A stretch of 64,000 bases of DNA from an uncultured Burkholderiales bacterium. Its GTDB lineage: Bacteria; Vulcanimicrobiota; Xenobia; Xenobiales; JADMJV01. A program made the translations under genes and the position numbers. Below the pieces are notes generated by a model. That model was not told the DNA's origin, did not search any database, and saw nothing but the letters and a program-made list of their open reading frames with translations. This document shows, piece after piece, positions 56,035-64,000 of the stretch (the first letter of the stretch is position 1; the number at the start of each line of letters is the position of its first letter). The DNA lies in the NCBI GenBank assembly GCA_964649085.1, contig CAZYPN010000003.1:139076-203075 (forward strand). Direction: 5' to 3'.

Positions 56035-57165
56035 TCAAGTCAGATCGTCACCAGGAGGGAGCTGCATGAGGCTGCGCCCGTAGGTCTCAAGGGCGGCCTC
56101 GTGAACCACGGCAGGGTGTAAAGCGATGGCTTGCAGGTCGCGCAGATGGCGCTGCAAAGGATGGTCCAGCCTGAGGGCTGCTGCTCCGCCCAGGGGAAAA
56201 AGTCCGCAGGCCGCCTCCAGGCACAGGGCCACGATGCGGGCCGGGCGGTAGGTTGCTCGGGGCACATCGCTGACGCCGTTGTCCAACTCGTGAAGCTGCT
56301 GGTTCCAAAGGCAATTGGCCATTTCCAGCTGGCTCTCGCCCTGGGCCAGCGCTCGGGCAGCGAAGGGCCGGTCCTTCAAGGAGATGCCGGTGAAGGCCGA
56401 GGTTCTGGAGTAACAGCTCAGCCGAGCCTGGGTCAGGGCTGCCCGCGCGGCCCCCAGAGCCGCCGGCACGAAGGTGCTGGAGAACAGAGGTCGCCAGGGC
56501 GTGCGATACAGCGACGATTTGTGCAACTTCATTCCTGGGGCACCACCGGTCTCGAGCTCGTCTTGAAACAACCAGTGCTGGGCAGGCACAAACTCGGATT
56601 CAAGGCTCAGGGCGTGGCTGCCGGTTGCGGCCAGACCACAGACCTGCCAGTCTTCCTCGCATCGGCAGCTGACTTTGGGCACCAGGGCCAGCAGTACCCG
56701 GCCCTCCAGTCGGGCCCCGAGCAGCAGCCAATCACAGTGGTCCAGGCCGCTGGCATAGCACCAGCGCCCCTCCAGTGAAATGCCGCCCGGGACGGCTATG
56801 GCCTTGCCCAGCGGGGCCAACGATGAACTCGCACGGGTGTCGGGCCCCTGACTCCAGAACACCTCCTGAGCCGCTTCGGGAAACCAGGCCAGGATCAACC
56901 CGTGCACCGCCAGCAGCGAGCCCACCCAGGCCGTGGAAGGGCATGCCTCCCCGATAGCCGTCAGTCGCTCGAAAACCTGGCCCGGCCGCATTTCCAGGCC
57001 GCCGTAGCGGGTTGGCACCAGGCTTCGCACCAGGGCCAGTTGGTCCAGCTCGTTGAGGTTCTCAGGGGGCAGGCAGCGCTGCAATTCGGCCTGTGGGGCT
57101 CGCTCCCGCAGGCGCCGACAGATTTCGTCAAGATCCCCAGGTATCATGGGCCGTCTCTTCGTCAT
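56035..57165 (-). CDS. Acyl-CoA dehydrogenase-fold flavin-dependent monooxygenase-like protein
   Basis: The 376-aa length and overall similarity to the ACAD/DszC/SfnB/HpaH-C2 fold (LLAVHGL, WCYASG, LPLGGAAALRLDHPLQRHLRDLQA). Confidence 0.6.
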   Translation of the reverse strand: MTKRRPMIPGDLDEICRRLRERAPQAELQRCLPPENLNELDQLALVRSLVPTRYGGLEMRPGQVFERLTAIGEACPSTAWVGSLLAVHGLILAWFPEAAQEVFWSQGPDTRASSSLAPLGKAIAVPGGISLEGRWCYASGLDHCDWLLLGARLEGRVLLALVPKVSCRCEEDWQVCGLAATGSHALSLESEFVPAQHWLFQDELETGGAPGMKLHKSSLYRTPWRPLFSSTFVPAALGAARAALTQARLSCYSRTSAFTGISLKDRPFAARALAQGESQLEMANCLWNQQLHELDNGVSDVPRATYRPARIVALCLEAACGLFPLGGAAALRLDHPLQRHLRDLQAIALHPAVVHEAALETYGRSLMQLPPGDDLT

Positions 57166-57188
57166 CGGGAGGGGTCGGCCTGGAGGCG

Positions 57189-58475
57189 ATGAACCAGGGC
57201 CCGTGGGGACGCAGCCCGGTGTTGACCGCCGAACAGAATGAACGCCTGACTCGGGTTGGGCCTGCCACTCCCATGGGGCGGCTGCTGCGACGTTACTGGC
57301 ATCCGATCGCAGCTCAGGCAGAACTTGACGATGTGCCCGTAAAGGCGGTTCGCATTCTGGGCGAGGACCTGGTGCTGTTTCGTGACGGCAGCGGCAATCA
57401 TGGACTGGTCCAGCGTCGCTGCCCGCATCGGGGGTTCGACCTGAGTTACGGAATCAGCCAGCCCGAGGGCCTCCGCTGTATGTATCACGGTTGGCGATTC
57501 GATGCTCAGGGTCGCTGCCTGGAACGCCCATTTGAAGATGCGCGCTGCCCCGGGGGCCGCGGCGCAGATCAGGTGAGGCTGTTGCACTACCCCGTGCAAA
57601 CCCTATCGGGCCTGATCTGGGCCTATCTTGGACCGGAACCTGTTCCATTGTTGCCCCACTGGGAGCCCTTTGGCTGGGAGAACGGCTTTCGCCACGTCTT
57701 CTTTTGCGAGATCCCCTGCAACTGGTTCCAGTGCCAGGAGAACAGCATCGACCCCGTCCATTTCGAGTGGCTGCATCTGAACTGGTTGCGTCACCTTCAC
57801 GCGCCTCAAGAGCCGCCCGCGGCGCGCCATCTGCGGCTGTGTTTCGAAGAGTTCGAATATGGATTTCGCTACGGTCGTCTGGTGGAAGGCCAGAGTGAGC
57901 AAGACGAAGCCTGGAGAATTGGTCGAGTTTGCTTGTGGCCGAATGGGCTCTACACGGGGCTGAATTTTTCCTGGCGGGTGCCTATCGATGATGAGCGCAC
58001 CCTGGCCGTCGACTGGGCATTTGCTCCTGTGCCCCTCGACCGGGTGCCTTTCCGGCAGCGGCGCATCCCCTATTCCTGGATTCCCATTCGGGACGAGAAG
58101 GGCAACTGGGTGGTCACCGATGTGGTCCACCAGGATCTGACTGCCCTGGCTGCTCAGGGCACCGTGGCCGACCGCCAGCGAGAGCATCTGGGGGCCAGCG
58201 ACGAGGGCGTCCTCCTGTTACGGAAACGCTTTTTCCAGCAACTTGAGGCTATGGAGCAGGGGCTGCCTCTCAAGGGCCTGATTCACAAACCCGAGGACAA
58301 TCACAGCATCGTTTTGCCCATGATGGGACGAGACTATCTGCTCACCCATCGTTCTCGGCCCCAGGAGGGCTACGACGCACAACAGCGATTGGCCGTGCAG
58401 CGGCACGTGATCAGCGGCCTCTCGGAAGAGTGTGTGCAGAGTTGGATCGAGGTGTTCGGGGAACCGCCTGCTTGA
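57189..58475 (+). CDS. Rieske [2Fe-2S] non-heme iron oxygenase alpha subunit
   Basis: CPHRGFDLS...CMYHGWRF (CxH...CxxH Rieske motif). Its catalytic domain has His/Asp ligands (...DPVHFEWLH...). Confidence 0.85.
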   Translation: MNQGPWGRSPVLTAEQNERLTRVGPATPMGRLLRRYWHPIAAQAELDDVPVKAVRILGEDLVLFRDGSGNHGLVQRRCPHRGFDLSYGISQPEGLRCMYHGWRFDAQGRCLERPFEDARCPGGRGADQVRLLHYPVQTLSGLIWAYLGPEPVPLLPHWEPFGWENGFRHVFFCEIPCNWFQCQENSIDPVHFEWLHLNWLRHLHAPQEPPAARHLRLCFEEFEYGFRYGRLVEGQSEQDEAWRIGRVCLWPNGLYTGLNFSWRVPIDDERTLAVDWAFAPVPLDRVPFRQRRIPYSWIPIRDEKGNWVVTDVVHQDLTALAAQGTVADRQREHLGASDEGVLLLRKRFFQQLEAMEQGLPLKGLIHKPEDNHSIVLPMMGRDYLLTHRSRPQEGYDAQQRLAVQRHVISGLSEECVQSWIEVFGEPPA

Positions 58476-59665
58476 AACGCTTGCGGGCGCTCTGGGAGGG
58501 CTGGGGCTGTCTGACTTATCGGGCGGCGGCACGGATTTCGGCCTGGCTATTGGGCAGCACCGGACATCTGCAAAGCGTGGCGGCCCACCGCAGCGTGGCC
58601 ACAGGCGAAGTGTCTTTCCTGAGCAGCGACATCGACCTGCTGGCGGTTCTGCGTCCCGCTTCCCAAAACGGTTCTAGTTTGGCTGACCTCTACCGGCGGC
58701 TTGGCCAGATTCGCCTGGTCTTGCCGCTGCTGTGCCACATGGAGGTGTATCCACCCCGAGGCCTGCACGAATTTGCCCATCAGGACACGATTTGGGCCGA
58801 GATGGAGAGGCGCAGCAGCCGGTTGCTCTATGGCACTGCTCCAGAAATTCCCCAACTGCCTTTGCGCCGCGAGCACGCCTTGCGGCGATTTCTGCTCTGG
58901 TGGGAGATTCTCTTCTGCCCTTCCCTGCAGGGAGGACCGCAGTTGCGCAAAGCCTGTCTGGAGTGCTGGAACTTCTACGCGCTGGCTATGGGTATCAGTC
59001 CGAGCCCGTTGCTGCGGCGAGACGCCATGCAGCAGCAACTGAACGAACTGGGACTGGCCCCCCCCGGTTCACTGGCCAACCCAAGCCTGGCCATTCCGTT
59101 CTTCTTTGGGATGGTCGAGCACCTCCACCGGGCTTTCCGACCACCCCTGGCTCGTCTGAGCGAGCCTTTGCAGTTCGATGCCTTGACCGCGCCTCACGGC
59201 ACACGACGACGTTTTTTGCTCGTGCCTCGGGCGGCGGACGTTGCCGCCGCAAGGTTGCAGCCTGGTCAGCTGCTGGCCACTCCCGAGCTGTTCGATTTGA
59301 TGGTGCACCACAAGAATGCCTTCTACGACTGGATTGTGCCCCGCGAGATTCGCCAGCTCGGAGTGGAGCCGGCGGCGATCAGTTCTTTCCGGCGTGATGC
59401 TCGCTATCTTTGCGCTTCGCACTTCTTGCTCTTCCCGGGATTTGTCGAAAAGCGGGGGCTGGATCCGCGAATTCGCCTGAAGCTCGCCGGCTATGTGCTG
59501 CAACACTCTGGCTCGGTGCAACCGCCGCCAGCGCTCGCAACTGACCAATTGTCGGCCTGGGTTCGACCCTTACCATGCCCTCACCGTTACTATCGCGAGG
59601 CCTACGAGGAGGCCGAGGTTGAGCGACGGAAACTGGCGGATGGATTGGAGCAACTCGATGCATAA
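58472..59665 (+). CDS. Nucleotidyltransferase-fold (Pol-beta superfamily) domain protein
   Basis: A TTG start overlaps the Rieske stop. TGEVSFLSSDIDLLAVL matches the hG[GS]x9-13Dh[DE]h NTase motif. The rest is helical. Confidence 0.5.
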   Translation: MKRLRALWEGWGCLTYRAAARISAWLLGSTGHLQSVAAHRSVATGEVSFLSSDIDLLAVLRPASQNGSSLADLYRRLGQIRLVLPLLCHMEVYPPRGLHEFAHQDTIWAEMERRSSRLLYGTAPEIPQLPLRREHALRRFLLWWEILFCPSLQGGPQLRKACLECWNFYALAMGISPSPLLRRDAMQQQLNELGLAPPGSLANPSLAIPFFFGMVEHLHRAFRPPLARLSEPLQFDALTAPHGTRRRFLLVPRAADVAAARLQPGQLLATPELFDLMVHHKNAFYDWIVPREIRQLGVEPAAISSFRRDARYLCASHFLLFPGFVEKRGLDPRIRLKLAGYVLQHSGSVQPPPALATDQLSAWVRPLPCPHRYYREAYEEAEVERRKLADGLEQLDA

Positions 59666-60488
59666 AGGGGAACTGGCGGTGATTACCGGCGGCTCTAGCG
59701 GACTGGGGCTGGGGCTGGTTCGGGCCTGTCTGGAACGCGGTATGCGCGTGGTTTTCACCTATCGCACCGAGTCTCACCGCGATGAATCCCTGGCGTTGTT
59801 AGGTGACCAGGCATCCGTCGAGGCCCTACCCCTGGAGGTGCAAAACCGTGAGGCCGTTCTGGAACTGGCCCGTTGGGTAGAGCAGCGGCGAGGCGTTCCC
59901 AGTCTGGTGGTGGCCAATGCCGGCGTGGGCTACAAAACGCCGGCTCACCTTGCCACTCCCGAAGATTGGGAGCTTTCCTTGGGAGTTAATTTCTTTGGAG
60001 TTCTTCACACCGTTCAGGCTTTTCTTCCCGGGCTTCTGGCGCAGTCGAGGGGTTATCTGGCGGCGACGGCCTCGATGAGTGGGCTGTTTCCGGCCGGGAA
60101 CTCGGGAGTATATTCCACCAGTAAGTTCGCCGTCGTCGGACTGATGGAATCTCTGCGGGGTGAACTGGCGGGCCGGGGAGTGGGAATTTCGCTCATCTGT
60201 CCCGGGATGGTGCAGGGACGGATTCGCGATCCTGGGCGCACCGGGCAGGCCTCCAGCCCTCTGGGCATGGACGCTCTGGAATGCGCTCGCAAGGCGCTGA
60301 GAGGGGTGGAGCGCCAGGACCTGTATGTTATCACTCATCCCGAGTTCCGGTCTGGCCTGCAAGAACGTTGCCAACTCCTGGACCGTTCCTTCCCCCCGTT
60401 GGGAGAGCCTCAAGACTGGTGGCCTTTAGAGCAACCTGTTCTGCGATATCCGGCTTATGAGGAGGAGTTGAGGCGTCTGGCCGACTGA
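59658..60488 (+). CDS. SDR-family oxidoreductase
   Basis: AVITGGSSGLGLGL (TGxxxGxG), NAGVG, YSTSKFAV (YxxxK). The ATG overlaps the upstream stop. Confidence 0.85.
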   Translation: MHKGELAVITGGSSGLGLGLVRACLERGMRVVFTYRTESHRDESLALLGDQASVEALPLEVQNREAVLELARWVEQRRGVPSLVVANAGVGYKTPAHLATPEDWELSLGVNFFGVLHTVQAFLPGLLAQSRGYLAATASMSGLFPAGNSGVYSTSKFAVVGLMESLRGELAGRGVGISLICPGMVQGRIRDPGRTGQASSPLGMDALECARKALRGVERQDLYVITHPEFRSGLQERCQLLDRSFPPLGEPQDWWPLEQPVLRYPAYEEELRRLAD

Positions 60489-61333
60489 CTGGGTCGCGGC
60501 GGCGCGCAGGGAGCTCGACCCGATTGCAGGCAGCTCAGACGTTCACCGATCTCGCTTCCCGCTGGTTCGTTCAGCAAGTAAAAGGTGTTCTGGCGAATGG
60601 CTTGCAGAATATCCTCGGCCAGAACTTCGGGGCGGACTCCCAACCTGCGGGTTGCCTCGGCGATGTTCTGTCGATAGGCCACCCACTCGGGAGGCTCGCA
60701 AGCAGGCTCCCGTTTCCAGCGTGCCGGCCGTACCCGCTCCGACTCCACGATGGCGGTGTCGACAAGGCCCGGGCACAGGCAGGTCACGCCGATCTCGGAG
60801 CCGTGTCGGCGCAGGTCGAAGAGCAGGCTTTCGGTGAGGCTGATCAGAGCCTGTTTGGTGGCGCCATAAGCGCCTCCCCCGCAAATCAGACCCGCATACG
60901 ATACCGCGTTCACGACATGGGCGGACTCTCCGTGGGCGAGCATCGCCGGCACAAAAGCCCGCAGACCATGAACCACACCGAGAAAATTGACGCCCAACAG
61001 CCAATCCCAGTCCACTGGGGGAACTTCCCAAATCGCCTGGCCGGTGTGACGGCTAACGCCGGCATTGTTTACCAGAAGGTGCACCTTGCCGAAGCTCTCC
61101 TGGGCTTTTCGAGCCAGCTCCTCGACGTCGGAGGCTAGCGAGACATCGGTAACCACTGCCTGACAGAGATGGTCACCGTTGCGCAGTTCTCGTTCGAGTT
61201 CGGCCAGTGGCTGGGCTGCGATGTCGGCCAGCACCAGCTGCATTTGCTCCTGGGCCAGTCGGCGGGCCAGCGCCCGGCCAATCCCGCTGGCGGCTCCGGT
61301 CACCACCGCCGTCTTTCCCCGAAATTCCTGCAT
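60455..61333 (-). CDS. SDR-family oxidoreductase
   Basis: AVVTGAASGIGRALA, NNAGV, YGATKQAL. Confidence 0.85.
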   Translation of the reverse strand: MQEFRGKTAVVTGAASGIGRALARRLAQEQMQLVLADIAAQPLAELERELRNGDHLCQAVVTDVSLASDVEELARKAQESFGKVHLLVNNAGVSRHTGQAIWEVPPVDWDWLLGVNFLGVVHGLRAFVPAMLAHGESAHVVNAVSYAGLICGGGAYGATKQALISLTESLLFDLRRHGSEIGVTCLCPGLVDTAIVESERVRPARWKREPACEPPEWVAYRQNIAEATRRLGVRPEVLAEDILQAIRQNTFYLLNEPAGSEIGERLSCLQSGRAPCAPPRPSQSARRLNSSS

Positions 61334-61406
61334 CAGTTCAGATTGTACCGAGCGGTCGAATTTCCTCTAGCAGGGCCCACGCGTTCGGTTCGGAACCCCA
61401 AGCCTT

Positions 61407-62135
61407 ATGACCATCGAACAGCTCCGGCTGCAACTTCGTCAGCTGGCCAATCCCGAGACGAGCCGCCTGCTCCAGCGCTATTTCAAGACCGGCCCCGGTC
61501 AATATGGCGCGGGGGATCTTTTTCTCGGAATCAAGGTGCCACCGCTGCGGAATCTGGCCCGTCAAGGATGCGGCATCGCCCACGACGAGGTTCAAGAGCT
61601 CCTCGCCTCCGAGTTTCACGAAGAACGCTTGCTGGCGTTGTTGATCTGGGTGGGACAGTATTCACGCCATCCCGAGCGACGTCAGCAGATCGTGGCCGAT
61701 TATTTGAGCAACACAAAGCGGGTCAACAACTGGGACCTTGTCGACCTGTCGGCTCCGGGCCTGGTGGGGAATTGGCTGGTGGAGCGCGGAGAGGCTGCCA
61801 TCGACCTGGAGACTCTGGCCCGCTCGGACTGGCTTTGGGATCGTCGCATCGCCGTGCTGGCGACGCTCGCGCTGATACGTGTCGGTTCGTTTCAGGCGAC
61901 ATTGAGACTCACCCGGTTACTGATGCACGATGGCCACGACCTGATGCACAAAGCCTGCGGTTGGATGCTGCGCGAGTTGGGCAAGCGCAGTCCGGAACTA
62001 CTGCGAGAGTTTCTGAACGCCGAGGTTGAGCAGATGCCGCGCACCATGCTGCGCTATGCCATCGAACGCTTTCCCGAGCCGGAGAGGCGCAGCTGGCTCT
62101 CTCGTCCCTCGAGCCGGATCAGACGGTCGCCATGA
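61407..62135 (+). CDS. DNA alkylation repair (AlkD/AlkC-like HEAT-repeat) protein
   Basis: RYFKTGPGQYGAGDLFLGIKVPPLRNLAR and NNWDLVDLSAP are signature segments of the DNA_alkylation family. Confidence 0.7.
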   Translation: MTIEQLRLQLRQLANPETSRLLQRYFKTGPGQYGAGDLFLGIKVPPLRNLARQGCGIAHDEVQELLASEFHEERLLALLIWVGQYSRHPERRQQIVADYLSNTKRVNNWDLVDLSAPGLVGNWLVERGEAAIDLETLARSDWLWDRRIAVLATLALIRVGSFQATLRLTRLLMHDGHDLMHKACGWMLRELGKRSPELLREFLNAEVEQMPRTMLRYAIERFPEPERRSWLSRPSSRIRRSP

Positions 62136-62953
62136 ACATTGTTGGTCTGCGCCGGGGTTTGCTGCGCGCAGGGTTTACTTCACTGGACCTGCTGTCTCCC
62201 ATCCTGCACGAGGTGTTTGGCCTGGGGCCGTCGCGCTACGAGTTGGAGAGCCTGCTGGGGTTCTCCCCTGCCCAGAGTCGTCGGGCAGCCTGGGGTGGAA
62301 CCGCTCTGGCTGCGAAAAACTTCAATCTACGTCGCCTGTTGCGGCGCGGGGGCTCGCCCATCCTGGAGGGTCTGGTCGGTTGGGCAAGACCTCCCGAGCA
62401 ACTGCACGCCTGGCAACAGCAGGGTCAGGCCGTGCTGCTGCTCGGCTGGCATGCCGGGCCTCCCTTCGCCCTGGCTCAGGCGCTGTCACAGGCGGGTCTG
62501 TCGGCCCTGTTTTGCGTGGGACCGGCGCCCAACTATCGTTTGCCTCCCGGCATCGATTATGTCGCGACCGACGGTGGTGCTGCCTGTCGGGCCGAGGCAT
62601 TGCATCGGGCCGTACAGCACCTTCGTCAGGGCAAGACCGTCTATCTACTGGCCGATCACCCTTATCTTTCGTCGCGCCGAGTTTCCATGTTGGGTCGCGA
62701 GGTAAGTCTGTCTCCCAGCCTGGGGATGTTGGCTCGCCTGTCCCGAGCACATCTCGTTCCGGTTACGGCGCGCTGGCTGCCCGGAGGGCGAATCCAGGTT
62801 GAAGCCTATCCCGGGCGTCTTGGGCACAAGCTGGACGAGGAGAGCCTCTATTCCGAGCTGGCAGCTTTCTTTGAGCACTATCTGGTGACTCACCCCGGAG
62901 AGCTGGAGGAGAAGTTTGTGGCCAAGCTGCTTTTTGGGGCGCCTGAGGTCTGA
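62132..62953 (+). CDS. LpxL/HtrB-like lipid acyltransferase superfamily protein
   Basis: VLLLGWHAGPPFALAQAL parallels the HxxxxD-region HFGNWEL pattern. TVYLLADHPYLSSRRVSMLGREVSLSPSLGMLARLSRAHLVPV parallels ...ILPDQ....GV.VPFFG..A.T..G.A.LA...GAPVVPV. Confidence 0.4.
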   Translation: MNIVGLRRGLLRAGFTSLDLLSPILHEVFGLGPSRYELESLLGFSPAQSRRAAWGGTALAAKNFNLRRLLRRGGSPILEGLVGWARPPEQLHAWQQQGQAVLLLGWHAGPPFALAQALSQAGLSALFCVGPAPNYRLPPGIDYVATDGGAACRAEALHRAVQHLRQGKTVYLLADHPYLSSRRVSMLGREVSLSPSLGMLARLSRAHLVPVTARWLPGGRIQVEAYPGRLGHKLDEESLYSELAAFFEHYLVTHPGELEEKFVAKLLFGAPEV

Positions 62954-63340
62954 TGCTTCTGCTACTTACCGGTCATCCTCGCTCGGGCACAGCAATGATG
63001 CTGCATCTGTGCAATTCTCACCCTCAGGTCGGCCTCACGCTCGAACTGGGCATTCTTGTCAGCGATGCGTGCTTACCGCCACCGCCTCGTCGGAACGGCC
63101 GAGGTAGAAGCTTGCTACCATCGTTGTTTACCGTATGAGCAACTGCTCAGCCAACCTGAACCGGCCCTCGAGTCGCTGGGTCGCTGGTTAGAAGTCGATC
63201 CGTCGGGCTTTCGTCGCTCGATTCTGGGTCGCCCCAGGCCGCCCATTCGCTTCGAACCGGCAGTCGAAGCTCGAATTCTCGAAATCGCCGGTCCAGCCTT
63301 GCGGGCCCTGGGATATGCGGACGTTCCTGAATCTCGCTAA
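62953..63340 (+). pseudogene. Degenerate, frameshifted and truncated sulfotransferase remnant
   Basis: The N-terminal LLLTGHPRSGTAMM (PxSGTT 5'-PSB motif) is in one frame. The C-terminal YEQLLSQPEPALESLGRWLEVDPSGF is in a second frame. Together they span only ~130 aa. Confidence 0.4.
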
Positions 63341-63378
63341 CAGTTGACCCGATGGGCCTCGCCAGCCATAATCTGTCG

Positions 63379-64000
63379 ATGCGAATTCTTCTGCGACTCG
63401 GGTTAATGCTGCTACTGGCGCTGCTGGTGGGCGCCGACAATTTGAGCGAGGTCTTCCGCATTCGTCAGGTCGACGTGGGCAACGGCATCGTGCTCTATGG
63501 ACGCAACAACCTGGGCAGCGACATCACCGTGCACGTCTGGCTCACTCGGGCCGAAAATGTCGTGGCCACCCCGCCGGCTCCCTTGATCATGCCTATCGAA
63601 GGCGGCCGCGAGGTGAAATTGATGGAGATTCGCCAGCGACGCAGCGCCGACGCCTGGAATGTTCGCTACGACTCGCACTGGGCCCACGGAAACATTCTGG
63701 CCCGTCACGATGACAGTGTGATCTACAGTCTGCCCTATCCTTCCGGGCAAAGGCACCGAATTATTCAGGGTTATTTCGGAACTTTCAGCCATCAAGGCGA
63801 CGACGCCTACTCGTTGGATTTCGATTTCGATGAAGGTACTCCGGTGCACTGCTGTCGCGAAGGGGTGGTCGTGGCCGTTCAGGACGTCTACGGGCCGGGG
63901 CGTGCTACGGCCGACTTTAGAGAGAAAGCCAACTACGTTCGGGTTCGCCACTCCGACCTGACGATTGCCGAGTACACTCATTTGACGCGCGGCGGGGTGC
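63379..64000 (+). CDS. M23/LytM-family peptidase, partial; it runs off the window
   Basis: Signal peptide MRILLRLGLMLLLALLVGA. HQGDDAYSLDFDF (HxxxD) and TIAEYTHL (HxH region). Confidence 0.75.
   Translation, partial: MRILLRLGLMLLLALLVGADNLSEVFRIRQVDVGNGIVLYGRNNLGSDITVHVWLTRAENVVATPPAPLIMPIEGGREVKLMEIRQRRSADAWNVRYDSHWAHGNILARHDDSVIYSLPYPSGQRHRIIQGYFGTFSHQGDDAYSLDFDFDEGTPVHCCREGVVVAVQDVYGPGRATADFREKANYVRVRHSDLTIAEYTHLTRGGV

Noticed and set aside
1-64000. tRNA, rRNA and CRISPR scan
   Set aside because: I found no T-loop or acceptor-like tRNA cloverleaf candidates, no rRNA-like segments and no regularly spaced direct repeats.

Overview
This window is high-GC (~62-65%) bacterial chromosomal DNA; the gene content (PilT, a Ser/Thr kinase-WD40 fusion, B12-radical-SAM, Wzm/Wzt) suggests a Myxococcota- or deltaproteobacteria-like genome. 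All calls below come from reading the six-frame ORFs and the raw sequence directly, with no database searches.

The first ~32 kb looks like core or near-core genome:
- A pilT fragment and an ABC transporter operon whose second permease is fused to a CPBP (CAAX-type) intramembrane protease.
- tdk, then a coupled methyltransferase / AAC(3)-like N-acetyltransferase / M20 deacylase operon.
- A B12-radical-SAM gene, a DAG-kinase-like gene and a type IIA topoisomerase A/B pair.
- YjbQ, an M61-PDZ peptidase, a Ser/Thr kinase-WD40 protein and a PP-loop (QueC/WbuX-like) protein.
- A permease followed by a hydantoinase-family gene.

From ~32.5 kb to ~53.5 kb the window reads as accessory and conflict DNA:
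- An ankyrin remnant, a SUFU-domain (polymorphic-toxin immunity-type) protein and a P-loop STAND-like NTPase with an overlapping TPR protein; these two may be one gene split by a frameshift.
- A decayed second copy of the hydantoinase locus (36.6-37.8 kb) that also carries a mazEF-like toxin-antitoxin relic with two in-frame TAA stops.
- A ~15.3 kb glycan-modification island (37.8-53.1 kb) bounded by ~40-nt imperfect direct repeats. It holds a GT4 pseudogene, a WbdD-like methyltransferase-kinase, Wzm, Wzt with a C-terminal binding domain, methyltransferases, a polysaccharide deacetylase, GT4, a lipase-like hydrolase, an EEP nuclease/phosphatase, a sulfotransferase, a secreted esterase and a vapBC pair.
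- An IS91-family transposase N-terminal remnant immediately after the island.

The last ~10 kb carries a TPR protein, an acidic ESEP-repeat protein, an ACAD-like flavin monooxygenase divergent from a coupled Rieske oxygenase / nucleotidyltransferase-fold / SDR operon, a second SDR, AlkD-like, an LpxL-like acyltransferase, a degenerate sulfotransferase remnant and a partial M23 peptidase.

I found no rRNA, tRNA or CRISPR. The most interesting candidates are the SUFU + split NTPase/TPR module, the duplication and toxin-antitoxin graveyard, and the repeat-bounded glycan-capping island next to the IS91 relic, which may have been mobilised ISCR-style.
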